Assembly: GCA_040954595.2 (NCBI GenBank)
Contig: JBECUI020000056.1
Location: forward strand, 1 to 51,574
Direction of reading: 5' to 3'
DNA: 51,574 bases
DNA from: Balanoglossus misakiensis
Lineage: Eukaryota > Animalia > Hemichordata
The notes beneath the pieces are model-generated. The model saw nothing but the letters and a program-made list of their open reading frames with translations. It was not told where the DNA came from and made no database searches. The position numbers were made by a program, and so were the translations under genes. Below, piece after piece: positions 19,346-29,789 of the stretch (the stretch's first letter is position 1; every line of letters begins with the position of its first letter).

Positions 19346-21115
19346 ATGTCGTCGGTAGAAGAACCCAAGTATATCGTGATGAATGATCGGGACAGAGAAG
19401 CCTTTCTTTCCCAGATTGGTAGTTTTCTTCCCAGCGAGCGGGTTGTATTTCACAGCCTCTGCAACATTTGGCAGCCTCAAATTCCCTATGATCGTGCTAT
19501 GGATGTCGTGAACAAAATATCCATGTCTAGTTTTAGCGACTTTCAACAGTTGATGGACAAACTAAAGGCATGTGGTGTGGGAATAATCCGAACAAAGGTG
19601 GAAAATCGCGCCCAAGTGCCGGAATACATTGTCTTGGCCGATGAATGGAGTTCCTTTTTTATTCATGAAATACTGAGCGAATGGATGGTAAGTATTCACA
19701 TGTTTGCGAAACAAAAACTTCCAACCCGCTCCGTGCTTCGCGAAAACAAAATTGTTATTCCCGATAAAGGTGCACGACAGGTTACCTTCGAGGAAGCATA
19801 CACCTTGTTTGAGGAACACAAAAAAAATCCAACAAAGCAGGAGCACCAAATTATTCTTCTGCCGACAGGAACACAGGACTTTCTCTGCCTTGGCGTTGAT
19901 CAGTTGTTCCTTATGCTTAATATTACGGTACTGAAGCTACGATACGAATTTCGTAATCCTGAGTTATTAGCCGCCCTTGCCCGAACAACCGGTAAGGGAG
20001 TAATGGATATTAAGAAACAACTGCAAAACAAGGATATCAGCTTCTGGAAATGGATTATTGATGTCCTCTATAATACAAAAAACGCGAGCTGGAGTAAGAA
20101 CAGTGAAATTATTATCTGTGCCTACTTCTTGCAGCAGTATCTGAAAGCACGAAACGTCATACATACAGAACAACAAAAGAGTAAAGAAGCCCAAGAGGAA
20201 CATTACCGCATTATTCTTGAGGAAGTCAAACAAAATTCCCAGTTGATGATCCCCATTCTCACCTTGGAAGAATACATGCAAAAATTTCAGGAACAGTACG
20301 GCAATGCATTTACTGAATTCAGGGAAGAATTCATCGAACGTTTTATCAAACCCATTACTTCCGAACATCTCTGCCCCCTCATGGGCATCAGTGAACAGAT
20401 TATTCATCAAGACAATATCTGTAAATACTTTTTAACTAAGTTCTACGAGCTTGCCGGACAGTTAAAACGTTCATGCATCAATAATATGCACACAGGATTG
20501 AAGAACCCGAACATACGAAAGAATGAATTTCGTTCCCCTTATCATTTTGAACAATACATTAAGAACGAAGTTCATACCAATGCTCTCTTTATATATGCCT
20601 TGCTGGAGAGACCCATCCTTCTCGGTGAAGTTATTGCTCACCATTTTAAGAGCATCCGAAAGGCACAACCAAAAGAATTTGAACGGCTGTTACAACGCTT
20701 TTTTAATATAGAAGAAATGTCTCTGCGCCCCTACGTGCGAATTTTCGATCTAGACATTGAAGATATATTTGAATCGGCATTTCGTCGACTATCAATTTTT
20801 CTGCGAATATGGACAAAAATTAACGGTCAGTACAATTCTATGCGAGCCGAGTTCCGTTGGAGTACGCAGAGCGATTCAATGTTTTCATCTGTTCCGGACG
20901 AACAAGAGCCGGAAGACTCCCTCCAGAAGCAAGCACAGCAGGTACGACTCCGCAAGATTATTGCAGGCAAAGATACACCACAACAAGAGACCCGAGAAAG
21001 ACCCGGGGAAAAAGATTCCGAAAAAATACTCCCCACATCTGAAAAGAACATACCGGATAATCAGATAGAAGATATATGGAAAGATTTTAAACAAGCACTT
21101 GGTTCCAGGAAATAA
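19346..21115 (+). CDS. Hypothetical protein (589 aa, helical), divergent from parE
   Basis: Long uninterrupted ORF; TTGACA-N18-TATAGT at 19308-19337 directly upstream. No motif recognised. Confidence 0.75.
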   Translation: MSSVEEPKYIVMNDRDREAFLSQIGSFLPSERVVFHSLCNIWQPQIPYDRAMDVVNKISMSSFSDFQQLMDKLKACGVGIIRTKVENRAQVPEYIVLADEWSSFFIHEILSEWMVSIHMFAKQKLPTRSVLRENKIVIPDKGARQVTFEEAYTLFEEHKKNPTKQEHQIILLPTGTQDFLCLGVDQLFLMLNITVLKLRYEFRNPELLAALARTTGKGVMDIKKQLQNKDISFWKWIIDVLYNTKNASWSKNSEIIICAYFLQQYLKARNVIHTEQQKSKEAQEEHYRIILEEVKQNSQLMIPILTLEEYMQKFQEQYGNAFTEFREEFIERFIKPITSEHLCPLMGISEQIIHQDNICKYFLTKFYELAGQLKRSCINNMHTGLKNPNIRKNEFRSPYHFEQYIKNEVHTNALFIYALLERPILLGEVIAHHFKSIRKAQPKEFERLLQRFFNIEEMSLRPYVRIFDLDIEDIFESAFRRLSIFLRIWTKINGQYNSMRAEFRWSTQSDSMFSSVPDEQEPEDSLQKQAQQVRLRKIIAGKDTPQQETRERPGEKDSEKILPTSEKNIPDNQIEDIWKDFKQALGSRK

Positions 21116-21118
21116 CTA

Positions 21119-22264
21119 TTGTATGATACTGACTTGGCAATCATTGGCAGTGGTATACACGGCAGCATCCTTGCCGGGGCCATCCAACAAGCTCTGCCCA
21201 AACTGCAACAACTATGCATAGATCCCGCTGAATCCCCACTTGCCCTGTGGAAACAAAGAACCGCCACTTGCGGTATGACATTTCTTCGTTCGCCGGCAAG
21301 CCATAATATTAGCCCCTCGTTTCGCTCATTGTTACAATTTGCACGAAAGCATAATTACGGCAATGAATTTTTTCAATCGCCGTATTATCGACCGAGTCTC
21401 ACACTGTTTCAAGATCACTGCAAGCATGTTTTGCAGGGACTCCATATCCAACGGCTGCAAGCAAAGTTGCGGACTATTTCTCGACATCGGGCATTTCTCT
21501 TACATACTTCTGCAGGGGATGTATCGGCAAAAATGGTTCTGCTTGCCGTCGGCAATGGAGATATCAGCCTCCCGAACTGGCTACCGGACTCTGCCCATAC
21601 CCATGTTTTTCATCAGGATCATTCGCCTATCATTAGCCGACAGCTCTGCATCGTCGGAAGTGGGATGACCGCTTTACAATATGCACTTGCTTTCCCCGGT
21701 AAAGAACAGAGCACTATCCTTTGTCGAAGCCCTCTGAAGACTGCACAGTTTGACAGCGACCCCTGCTATATCGGTCCCGCATGCCGTGATATGTTTTTCA
21801 GCATACGTAGTTACCAGTTGCGTCGTGAACGTATCCGCCAAGTTCGATACCCCGGTACCGTTCCAAAAAACATCCTCCATGAAGTAGAAAAGGTAGTCAA
21901 AACAGGAAAAATTCGTATTCTTATCGATAATGTTCGCCAATGCATCCATACCGAGGAAAAGAATTATCGCTTAATTCTAGAAAAAGGAACAGCACTTGAG
22001 GTGGATAATCTGGTATGTGCTACAGGATTCTCAAGCATGGTACCAGAGCAGGAACTGCTGGCGGACTGCCGGGCAAATATGGATCTGCAATGCTCATCCG
22101 ATGGCTACCCCATTCCCGATAAACAGCTCCAATGGACTGATGGGTTATTCCTCTGTGGAGCGCTGGCAGAACTGGAACTTGGTCCGCCTGCTCGTAATAT
22201 TATCGGGGCACATCTGGCAGCACGACGTATAGTTCCATTTCTCTTGGAAAAATTCGGCTCATAG
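21119..22264 (+). CDS. FAD/NAD(P)-binding oxidoreductase (flavoprotein monooxygenase-like)
   Basis: IIGSGIHG (FAD), GMTFLRSP, IVGSGMTA (NADPH), CATGF, GALAELELGP.ARNI.GA. Confidence 0.8.
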   Translation: MYDTDLAIIGSGIHGSILAGAIQQALPKLQQLCIDPAESPLALWKQRTATCGMTFLRSPASHNISPSFRSLLQFARKHNYGNEFFQSPYYRPSLTLFQDHCKHVLQGLHIQRLQAKLRTISRHRAFLLHTSAGDVSAKMVLLAVGNGDISLPNWLPDSAHTHVFHQDHSPIISRQLCIVGSGMTALQYALAFPGKEQSTILCRSPLKTAQFDSDPCYIGPACRDMFFSIRSYQLRRERIRQVRYPGTVPKNILHEVEKVVKTGKIRILIDNVRQCIHTEEKNYRLILEKGTALEVDNLVCATGFSSMVPEQELLADCRANMDLQCSSDGYPIPDKQLQWTDGLFLCGALAELELGPPARNIIGAHLAARRIVPFLLEKFGS

Positions 22265-22327
22265 CCTGCCCATCACTCTATGAATAAAAAAATATTACAT
22301 AAAGTAATAAAAAAAATATAAAAACGC

Positions 22328-22356
22328 TTGCACAACATTTCATAGTAATATACTAT
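22328..22356 (+). promoter_or_regulatory. sigma70-type promoter of the sulfate ABC operon leader
   Basis: TTGCAC (22328-22333)-N17-TACTAT (22351-22356); predicted +1 is 22363. Confidence 0.65.
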
Positions 22357-22362
22357 TTCTGT

Positions 22363-22413
22363 ATGCCAAACTACTTGCATAAATGTGGTCCCGCTATGAA
22401 AATGTGTTGTTAA
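22363..22413 (+). CDS. Putative leaderless Cys/Met-rich leader peptide MPNYLHKCGPAMKMCC
   Basis: ATG coincides with the predicted +1; 3 Cys + 3 Met in 16 codons, ending ATG TGT TGT TAA; lies directly upstream of sulfate uptake genes. Confidence 0.65.
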   Translation: MPNYLHKCGPAMKMCC

Positions 22414-22541
22414 ACTTCTCTTTAACTTTCCGTTTGTTCACAATCTAATTAAGATTTTAAGCATTACTTGTCTCTATAAATTAATTCGGTGGCAAGTATT
22501 TATTACAGATTTATTTAACTATAAAATATAAGGAATAAAAT

Positions 22542-23612
22542 ATGAAAAATTTTATCTATGGTATAGTCGGACTTCTTATAGTCGGGCTTCTTGTTTTCTC
22601 GCTTCTCTCCTGCACAAGATCTGCAGATGCAGAACAAAGTTCGGTACAGCTTTTGCACGTATCGTTTGATATTGCTCGTGAACTCGGCAGAGGGCTCAAT
22701 GCTGGCTTCATTCCTTGGTACAAAGAAAAAACGGGCATTGACGTTGAAATTGAACAATCAAACGCCGGTTCCAGTAGACAGGCACGGGCAGTGTCAGACG
22801 GTCTTCCTGCTGATGTTGTCAGTATGAATCAGTACCTTGATATTGATCTTATCTACGAACGAACAAAGGATACGCCAGATGGGGCTATTATTTCACAGGA
22901 TTGGCAAACAAAATATCCGAACAATAGTAGTCCGGCAAGTTCCACTATGGCGTTTGTTGTACGAAAGGGAAATCCAAAACAAATACGTGACTGGCAGGAC
23001 ATTGTTCGTCCAGGAATAGAAATTGTTGCTCCCAATTATCGCTCTACAGGAAATGGACGGTATACCCTCCTAACCGCATATGCCTATGGACTTTCCAAGC
23101 ATGGAAATAAAAATGAACAAGAGGCAAATGACTTCGTAAGAAAATTGGTACAAAATACCATTATTCTTGCACAGGGCGGACGGGCAGCAACAAACGCATT
23201 CGTAGAACGAGAAGTTGGCGATGTTCTGCTTACCTTTGAAGCAGAGGTAAACCTTATTGTACAGGATCTGGGCCCTGAATTGTTTGAAGTAGTCGTTCCA
23301 AGTTATGGGGTTGATGCAAAAATATACGTCGTTGTAATTGATGGATATGCTTCCCAAAAAGGAACAGAAAGTTATGACGCTGCTCGTGCCTTCTGGGACT
23401 TTATATATACTGACCAAGGACAGGAAGCAGTTGCACAGGCATTTTTTCGCCCAATTAATGCAGACATAGCCGCTAAGTATCAAAATGCACTTCCAAATAT
23501 CGAATTGTTTACTGTCGAAGATACGTATGGTTCGTGGCAGGCTGCAAAAAATTTATTGTTTTCCGATGATGGAGTTGTTGCAAAGATATATGAAGAGCTG
23601 GGCAAAGAATAG
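22542..23612 (+). CDS. sbp: Sulfate/thiosulfate ABC transporter substrate-binding lipoprotein (Sbp/CysP family)
   Basis: LLSC lipobox; QSNAGSSRQARAV.DGL.ADVV, VRKGNPK.I.DW, F.ER..GDVL.TFE.E. Confidence 0.9.
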   Translation: MKNFIYGIVGLLIVGLLVFSLLSCTRSADAEQSSVQLLHVSFDIARELGRGLNAGFIPWYKEKTGIDVEIEQSNAGSSRQARAVSDGLPADVVSMNQYLDIDLIYERTKDTPDGAIISQDWQTKYPNNSSPASSTMAFVVRKGNPKQIRDWQDIVRPGIEIVAPNYRSTGNGRYTLLTAYAYGLSKHGNKNEQEANDFVRKLVQNTIILAQGGRAATNAFVEREVGDVLLTFEAEVNLIVQDLGPELFEVVVPSYGVDAKIYVVVIDGYASQKGTESYDAARAFWDFIYTDQGQEAVAQAFFRPINADIAAKYQNALPNIELFTVEDTYGSWQAAKNLLFSDDGVVAKIYEELGKE

Positions 23613-24438
23613 AACTAAACCAACGATCACAATTCTCCCGGGCTTTTCATTAAGCCTGGGAATTACTCTTTCATGGACGGGGTTCATTATTCTCTTGCCC
23701 ATTCTCTCTCTGTTCTTAACTGCAGCACAGGTATCCTTTCCCGATATAATAACCACTCTCACCAGACCTGCTGCTATTGCCGCCTTTCGGATTACTATGT
23801 TCTATGCTCTGCTCTGTGCCGTGCTCAATGTTATCGTCGGATTGTTGGTTTCATGGACTCTGACACGTTTCCCTTTTCCCGGTAGCAAAATTCTGGATGT
23901 GCTGGTCGATATGCCCTTTGCCCTCCCCGGTGCGGTCGGCGGAATTGCGCTTGCAACCATTTTCGGAAAGAATGGCATTATCGGACAGTTTTTTGCAGAA
24001 TATGACATCAGTCTGGTATATAATCAGTTTGGTATCCTAATAGGACTTATGTTTATTACCCTGCCTTTTGCAGTGCGATCTATACAACCTTTGATTCAAG
24101 AACTGGATCGCGAAGAAGAAGCTGCTGCTATCCTTTTAGGTGCGAGTAGCAGACAAACGTTTTTCCGCATACAACTGCCGACCTTGTTACCGGGTATGGG
24201 AAGTGCCTTTATTCTTTGTTTTGCACGTGCACTCGGCGAATACGGCACAGTTATCTTTATTGCGGGCAATATACCTCTTCAAAGTGAGGTTATATCCCGC
24301 TATATTTACAATAAAATCGATCAGTATGATCTGCCGGGGGCTACGGTTGTTGCTAGTGCATTGCTGATTATTTCACTCATTCTCATAACGTTTTTCAACA
24401 TTCTGCAAAAATACCGATGGGGGGGACGCCATGTTTAA
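23590..24438 (+). CDS. cysT: Sulfate ABC permease CysT
   Basis: LPGFSLSLG, VDMPFALP.AVGGIAL, EEAA..LGAS, FARALGEYG..IFIAGNIP. Start moved to 23590. Confidence 0.9.
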   Translation: MKSWAKNRTKPTITILPGFSLSLGITLSWTGFIILLPILSLFLTAAQVSFPDIITTLTRPAAIAAFRITMFYALLCAVLNVIVGLLVSWTLTRFPFPGSKILDVLVDMPFALPGAVGGIALATIFGKNGIIGQFFAEYDISLVYNQFGILIGLMFITLPFAVRSIQPLIQELDREEEAAAILLGASSRQTFFRIQLPTLLPGMGSAFILCFARALGEYGTVIFIAGNIPLQSEVISRYIYNKIDQYDLPGATVVASALLIISLILITFFNILQKYRWGGRHV

Positions 24439-25250
24439 GAAACTAAACGGCACCCGCACCCTCTGTATTGCATTGACTGTAATATTGCTGACAGTAATGT
24501 TGATTCTTCCTATAGTGGTAATAATAACTGGGGCTTTAGCTAAGGGCATATCCACCTTTGCTACTGTGATAGTCTCAGAATATACGCTTTCCGCTATTGG
24601 ATTGACAGTTGGCATTACCTTAGCATCCATCATAATGGCGACGATATTCGGAATTGCTGCCGCATGGTGTTTGACCCATTTCTCCTTTCCAGGGAAGGCA
24701 GTTCTGAACAGCATTATTGACTTACCGATATCAATATCGCCAATTATTATCGGATTGACATTTGTTATTATATACGGTAAATATGGGTACATCGGACAAT
24801 TCTTGGAATCGGCAGGATTAACCATCATTTTTTCTTGGCCTGGATTGATGCTGACAAGTATGTGTATTACAACCCCGTATGTTCTACGCAGCCTTCTTCC
24901 TACTATGCAGATGCTTGCCTCGCAACAGGAAGAGATTGCAACGATCCTCGGAGCAAATGGCTGGCAGGTACTGTTCCGAATAACCTTGCCACGAATAAAA
25001 TGGGCATTGCTGTATGGCGTTATTCTCACAACAGCACGAAGTGCCGGAGAATTCGGAGCAGCATCCGTCGTATCAGGGTTTATACGAAACAAGACCGTTA
25101 GCCTGCCTTTGCTTGTTGAAATATACTACAATGAATACTTTTTCCACTGCAGCTTTTACCTGTGCTACTCTGTTTGTACTACTCTCTGTTCTTACACTTG
25201 TTACGAAACAGACAATGCAAAAAAACAGTTTGGAATCATTAAAGAGGTAA
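24431..25250 (+). CDS. cysW: Sulfate ABC permease CysW, probable 1-nt frameshift in a T run near the C-terminus
   Basis: [42 protein letters not shown]. After YYNEY (T6 at 25139-25144) the expected hydrophobic tail [20 protein letters not shown] is in another frame ending at 25250. Confidence 0.88.
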
Positions 25251-25254
25251 CATA

Positions 25255-26328
25255 ATGACTATAGAAGTAAAAAATTTATACAAAGAATTTGGTGCTCATG
25301 TAGCCCTTGATAACGTATCGTTGACCATCAAAGAGGGAGCTCTTACATCCCTTCTTGGACCATCGGGGTCGGGGAAGACCTCCTTGCTCCGAATTATTTC
25401 CGGCTTGGAATATCCGAGTGCCGGATCGGTTATTATAAACGGAAAAGACTGCACAAACGATACAGCACAGCAGCGAAAAATGGGATTTGTTTTTCAACAT
25501 TATGCTCTTTTTAAGCATATGACCGCCTTTGAAAACGTTGCATTTGGATTAAGGGTTCAGAAACGCAAAAACGGATTGTCCAATGAAGAAATAGAACAAC
25601 AAACACACGAGACAATGAGTCTTGTCCAACTCGATAATCAGGGCCATAAGTATCCTCATCAACTATCAGGAGGACAGCAACAACGAATAGCATTGGCACG
25701 GGTACTGGCCATTAAACCGTCCGTGCTTCTTTTAGATGAGCCCTTTGGTGCATTAGATGCAACGGTGCGGCGGGACCTGAGACGATGGATCCGACGCTTA
25801 CACGATGAAATGCATATTACTACAATACTTGTTACTCACGATCAAGAAGAAGCACTGGAAATATCTGACACAGTAGCCCTACTCAATCAAGGACGATTAG
25901 AACAGTGTGGTTCCCCTCGTGAGATATATAAATCACCTGCTAATCCCTTCGTGTACGAGTTTCTTGGCGTTGTTAATGTATTTTCCGGAAGAATGAAGGA
26001 TCATCATCTGGTACACTTTAATCCTGATAGTAAAGAAGAACATCTGCAAACAAATCAGCTTGTCTATGTACGTCCTCATGAACTACAGATACATAGTGCA
26101 AAAAACAGGACAGAAAAAGATCTTCCGGGACTCATTGTTCGCCTTAGTTTTGTGGCAAAAACCGTGTTGTTGGAAATACGCATGCAACCACGGCAGGGGC
26201 ATGAGCCGGTAATAATAGAAGCAAGCATAAGCGAACAGGAATGGGAAGAGGATCAGTTTCGCACAGGTGATACGGTCTATCTGCATGCAAAGCAGTTTAC
26301 AGTTTTTCCTACAGACGCCGCAACATAA
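25255..26328 (+). CDS. cysA: Sulfate ABC ATP-binding protein CysA
   Basis: [45 protein letters not shown]. Confidence 0.92.
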   Translation: MTIEVKNLYKEFGAHVALDNVSLTIKEGALTSLLGPSGSGKTSLLRIISGLEYPSAGSVIINGKDCTNDTAQQRKMGFVFQHYALFKHMTAFENVAFGLRVQKRKNGLSNEEIEQQTHETMSLVQLDNQGHKYPHQLSGGQQQRIALARVLAIKPSVLLLDEPFGALDATVRRDLRRWIRRLHDEMHITTILVTHDQEEALEISDTVALLNQGRLEQCGSPREIYKSPANPFVYEFLGVVNVFSGRMKDHHLVHFNPDSKEEHLQTNQLVYVRPHELQIHSAKNRTEKDLPGLIVRLSFVAKTVLLEIRMQPRQGHEPVIIEASISEQEWEEDQFRTGDTVYLHAKQFTVFPTDAAT

Positions 26329-27154
26329 GCACACGGACGGTGCCCGCTAAATCGGGGAAGGACTCAAAAGAGCGATACGCCAGGGTAGAAGAAAAATCCC
26401 GGCAAAGTTTTTCCTGTTCAGGGGAAATTTCAAGTAATAAAATTCCGCTCGCTGTCAGTTTCTCTTGCCCCTGTACCAAGAGGGTTTTGAGTATATCCAT
26501 GCCATCTTCGCCCCCATAGAGGGCAACCTTCGGGTCATGTCCGAAGCGTTGTACCTCTCGAACAGCTTCTGCAGTTAAATACGGTGGATTGGCAGTAATA
26601 AGATCGAATATGCCGGGCACAGAGTGCAGACAATGGCTGCGATAAAGTGAAGGAATGGGAGTGCCATAGAGGGTATTGTTTTGCTTGCAGACCATCAATG
26701 CAGGCATGGAGATATCACTGGCAGAAACATTACTAAGCCCGTTCAATGCCAGTGTGATAGCAAGACAGCCACTCCCCGTGCAGGAATCATGCACTGATCG
26801 TGCATTCTTTCCATGTTCCAGTGCCAGATCTACGAGACACTCGGTCTCCGGACGCGGAACGAGTACCGCCTTATTTACTATAAATTCTCTTCCGTAAAAT
26901 TCCTTCCGTCCAGTAATATAAGCAAGTGCACGCCCCAAAGAGCGCTGTCTGATCATGCGCCGGTAGCGTAATGAAAGAAAAAAGCCGACCGAGGGTTCAG
27001 GATGTGCATAGACATCTTCCTTTCGCACCTGCAAACATGCAGCAAGAAGGAGAACCGCCTCACGAGCAGGGTCGCCGTCCCTTCCCAATAAGGAGCCTTT
27101 AAGATATGCAGTACCGTAGCTTAGCGCATCTTTCCGACTGGAGAAACTTTTCAT
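26309..27154 (-). CDS. prmC: Release factor glutamine methyltransferase
   Basis: [28 protein letters not shown]; immediately downstream of prfA. Confidence 0.92.
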   Translation of the reverse strand: MKSFSSRKDALSYGTAYLKGSLLGRDGDPAREAVLLLAACLQVRKEDVYAHPEPSVGFFLSLRYRRMIRQRSLGRALAYITGRKEFYGREFIVNKAVLVPRPETECLVDLALEHGKNARSVHDSCTGSGCLAITLALNGLSNVSASDISMPALMVCKQNNTLYGTPIPSLYRSHCLHSVPGIFDLITANPPYLTAEAVREVQRFGHDPKVALYGGEDGMDILKTLLVQGQEKLTASGILLLEISPEQEKLCRDFSSTLAYRSFESFPDLAGTVRVLMLRRL

Positions 27155-28210
27155 TTATGTCTGTTGCTGTGTAAGGGGTTCAATAATCATATTGAGATCC
27201 CCTTCCATAATCGAATCCAAGCGATACAGAGTAAGATTAATCCGGTGGTCAGTTACCCGATTTTGAGGGAAGTTATACGTTCGGATCCGCTCACTGCGGT
27301 CGCCGCTGCCAATTTGTTCTTTCCGTAGTATCGCCTCTTCTTCTTGTCTACGTTTTTCCTCGACACTGTACAGACGGGCTTTGAGCACACGTAATGCCTT
27401 CGCCTTGTTTTTATGCTGGCTCTTTTCGTCTTGGCAGGTAACAATAGTACCGGTTGGAACATGCGTAATGCGTACAGCAGAATCAGTTGTATTAACACTT
27501 TGTCCGCCGGGACCGGAAGAACGAAAAACATCAATTCGAAGATCTTCGTTTCTAATGTTGATGTCCATCTCGTCTGCCTCGGGCAGAATGGCGACTGTAA
27601 TAGCAGAGGTGTGTATCCGTCCACTCTTTTCCGTAGTAGGGATACGTTGCACACGGTGCACTCCCCGTTCATGTTTTAGGATACCAAAAACAGATTTTCC
27701 CCCGATTGAAAAAATAATTTCACGAAAGCCACCCAGCTCCGTATTGCTGGCCTGCAGAATGTCTACCTTCCACCCTTGAGATTCTGCATACTTGCAATAC
27801 ATACGGAAGACATCCTCTACGAAAAGGGCCGCCTCGTCCCCGCCTGTGCCGGCACGAATTTCTGCAATAACATTCTTCTCATCCATCGGATCAGCAGGAA
27901 AAAAGCGCAGGGTAATTTCCCGTACAACCTTATCCTTTTCCTGTTTAAGAGCAATATTTTCTTCGCGTGCCGCCTCCTGCATATCACTATCGGATGCATC
28001 ATCCAGCAACTCGGTCAGATTCTGTTGGTCCTGAATAATCTTTAGACAACGGTCTCGAAGATCACGTAACTCTACTAAACGGGTGTATTCGCGCATCGTA
28101 CTGCGATATTGCTGCGAACTGCGGTCATTGTCCTGTGCAAGAAATGTTTCTATATCCTGAATTTTTTCGGGAATGGATTCTAGCTTTTTTAATAATTCTG
28201 TAACTTCCAT
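27155..28210 (-). CDS. prfA: Peptide chain release factor 1
   Basis: [18 protein letters not shown] (PxT motif), [20 protein letters not shown]. Confidence 0.96.
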   Translation of the reverse strand: MEVTELLKKLESIPEKIQDIETFLAQDNDRSSQQYRSTMREYTRLVELRDLRDRCLKIIQDQQNLTELLDDASDSDMQEAAREENIALKQEKDKVVREITLRFFPADPMDEKNVIAEIRAGTGGDEAALFVEDVFRMYCKYAESQGWKVDILQASNTELGGFREIIFSIGGKSVFGILKHERGVHRVQRIPTTEKSGRIHTSAITVAILPEADEMDINIRNEDLRIDVFRSSGPGGQSVNTTDSAVRITHVPTGTIVTCQDEKSQHKNKAKALRVLKARLYSVEEKRRQEEEAILRKEQIGSGDRSERIRTYNFPQNRVTDHRINLTLYRLDSIMEGDLNMIIEPLTQQQT

Positions 28211-28225
28211 ATAGGGTTAACCGTG

Positions 28226-28777
28226 TTATCGACGAGGGAACATCAATCCAAACAGACTGCCACACAGTGCTCCCACAATATTCGATAGCTTGGAAAACAG
28301 ACCTACATCGGCAATAGTATTCAATTCATTCCCCACGAATAACAGTGTTATAAGAATAAAACTAATCGGCAAGCCCGAACCCCGAACATTCACGAAGGAT
28401 ATTAAAAGAATCATCATAAACGCAATCCCGCTTGATCCCATCAACAACCCACTACCAATCAGAGCATGTATTACAGCAGTAATGAGAATCGTAACAAGAA
28501 CCAGAATGAATAGACGCCACGATCGGTACCGTTCTTCAAGAACTGGACCAAGTAATAAAATAAACGTCATATTACCGAGTAAATGTTGCCATGAAGAATG
28601 CCCGAAGACATAGGTGAAATACCGACTTATGCTTAACAGTTCAGATGTCGGGAAACTCGGCGGTAATGCAAAGTATTCTGCAATTATGCCGGACCAAAAA
28701 TATGTATCAATACAGAATAGAACACCAGCTATAATCGCGAAACTAATACTAACCGGTGCATTATAACGAATTTTCAT
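28226..28777 (-). CDS. Rhomboid-family membrane protein (catalytic His apparently replaced by Asn)
   Basis: FGHSSWQHLLGNM, GPVLEERY, GSSG. The TM6 position reads LSNIVG rather than xHxxG. Start moved to ATG 28777 after GGAG. Confidence 0.8.
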   Translation of the reverse strand: MKIRYNAPVSISFAIIAGVLFCIDTYFWSGIIAEYFALPPSFPTSELLSISRYFTYVFGHSSWQHLLGNMTFILLLGPVLEERYRSWRLFILVLVTILITAVIHALIGSGLLMGSSGIAFMMILLISFVNVRGSGLPISFILITLLFVGNELNTIADVGLFSKLSNIVGALCGSLFGLMFPRR

Positions 28778-28868
28778 ATCTCCATACCAGTATAGACCTT
28801 CATGCAAGAGAATACAAGACTATCAGTATAACTTGAATATAATAAGCAAGCTATGATACAGTACACCT

Positions 28869-29759
28869 GTGCAAAGAAAACCATCATGGCTGCGTATTCA
28901 ACTCAATACAAATAAAAGTTTTCAATATGTTAAGAACATTGTGCAAGAAGACAGGTTGCATACTGTCTGCGAGGAAGCACGGTGTCCGAATATCCATGAG
29001 TGCTGGGGAACCCATAAAACCGCTACGTTTATGATCTTGGGTGATGTCTGCACCCGCCGATGCCGCTTTTGTGCAGTAAAGACAGGACTGCCACGTCTTG
29101 TTGACCGTCAGGAACCGGCACGGGTGGCAGAATCCGTTGCAAAACTTGACCTGCGCCATGTCGTCATTACTATGGTTAATAGAGATGAATTGCCAGACGG
29201 TGGGGCATATCTCATGGCAGAAACAGTACGAGAAATTCGTCGGGCAACAGAGAAGTGTTCAGTTGAGATATTGACATCGGATTTTATGGGAGAATACAAT
29301 GCCATTCAAACAGTCATGAATAGCGAACCGGATATTATGAGTCATAATCTAGAAACAGTACGACGGCTAACACCGCAGGTGCGGTCACGTTCGGACTACG
29401 ATCGATCCCTGAAAGTTCTAAGCATTGCAAAAGATATTAACCCGGATGCCGTAACAAAATCCAGCCTCATGCTCGGACTGGGGGAAGATAGTATCGAGGT
29501 CGAACAAGCAATGGATGACCTGCTGGAACATAGGGTACAGATACTTAATATCGGGCAGTACTTACAACCCAGCATTAACCATCTGTCGGTACAAAAATAT
29601 TGGACACCGGAGGAGTTTGCAGAACTAAAAGGGATTGCATATCAAAAAGGCTTTTCCCATTGCGAGGCTGCCCCTCTTGTACGATCATCGTATCATGCGG
29701 GTGAAGACTACGAAACATATCGTAAACAGATTCACCCGCTGTATAAATCTAACTCCTAA
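28869..29759 (+). CDS. lipA: Lipoyl synthase
   Basis: CEEARCPNIHEC, CTRRCRFC, HNLETV, GQYLQP, VRSSY. Confidence 0.96.
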   Translation: MQRKPSWLRIQLNTNKSFQYVKNIVQEDRLHTVCEEARCPNIHECWGTHKTATFMILGDVCTRRCRFCAVKTGLPRLVDRQEPARVAESVAKLDLRHVVITMVNRDELPDGGAYLMAETVREIRRATEKCSVEILTSDFMGEYNAIQTVMNSEPDIMSHNLETVRRLTPQVRSRSDYDRSLKVLSIAKDINPDAVTKSSLMLGLGEDSIEVEQAMDDLLEHRVQILNIGQYLQPSINHLSVQKYWTPEEFAELKGIAYQKGFSHCEAAPLVRSSYHAGEDYETYRKQIHPLYKSNS

Positions 29760-29789
29760 AGTCTTTGACTATATCTCTACTAATCTTTA

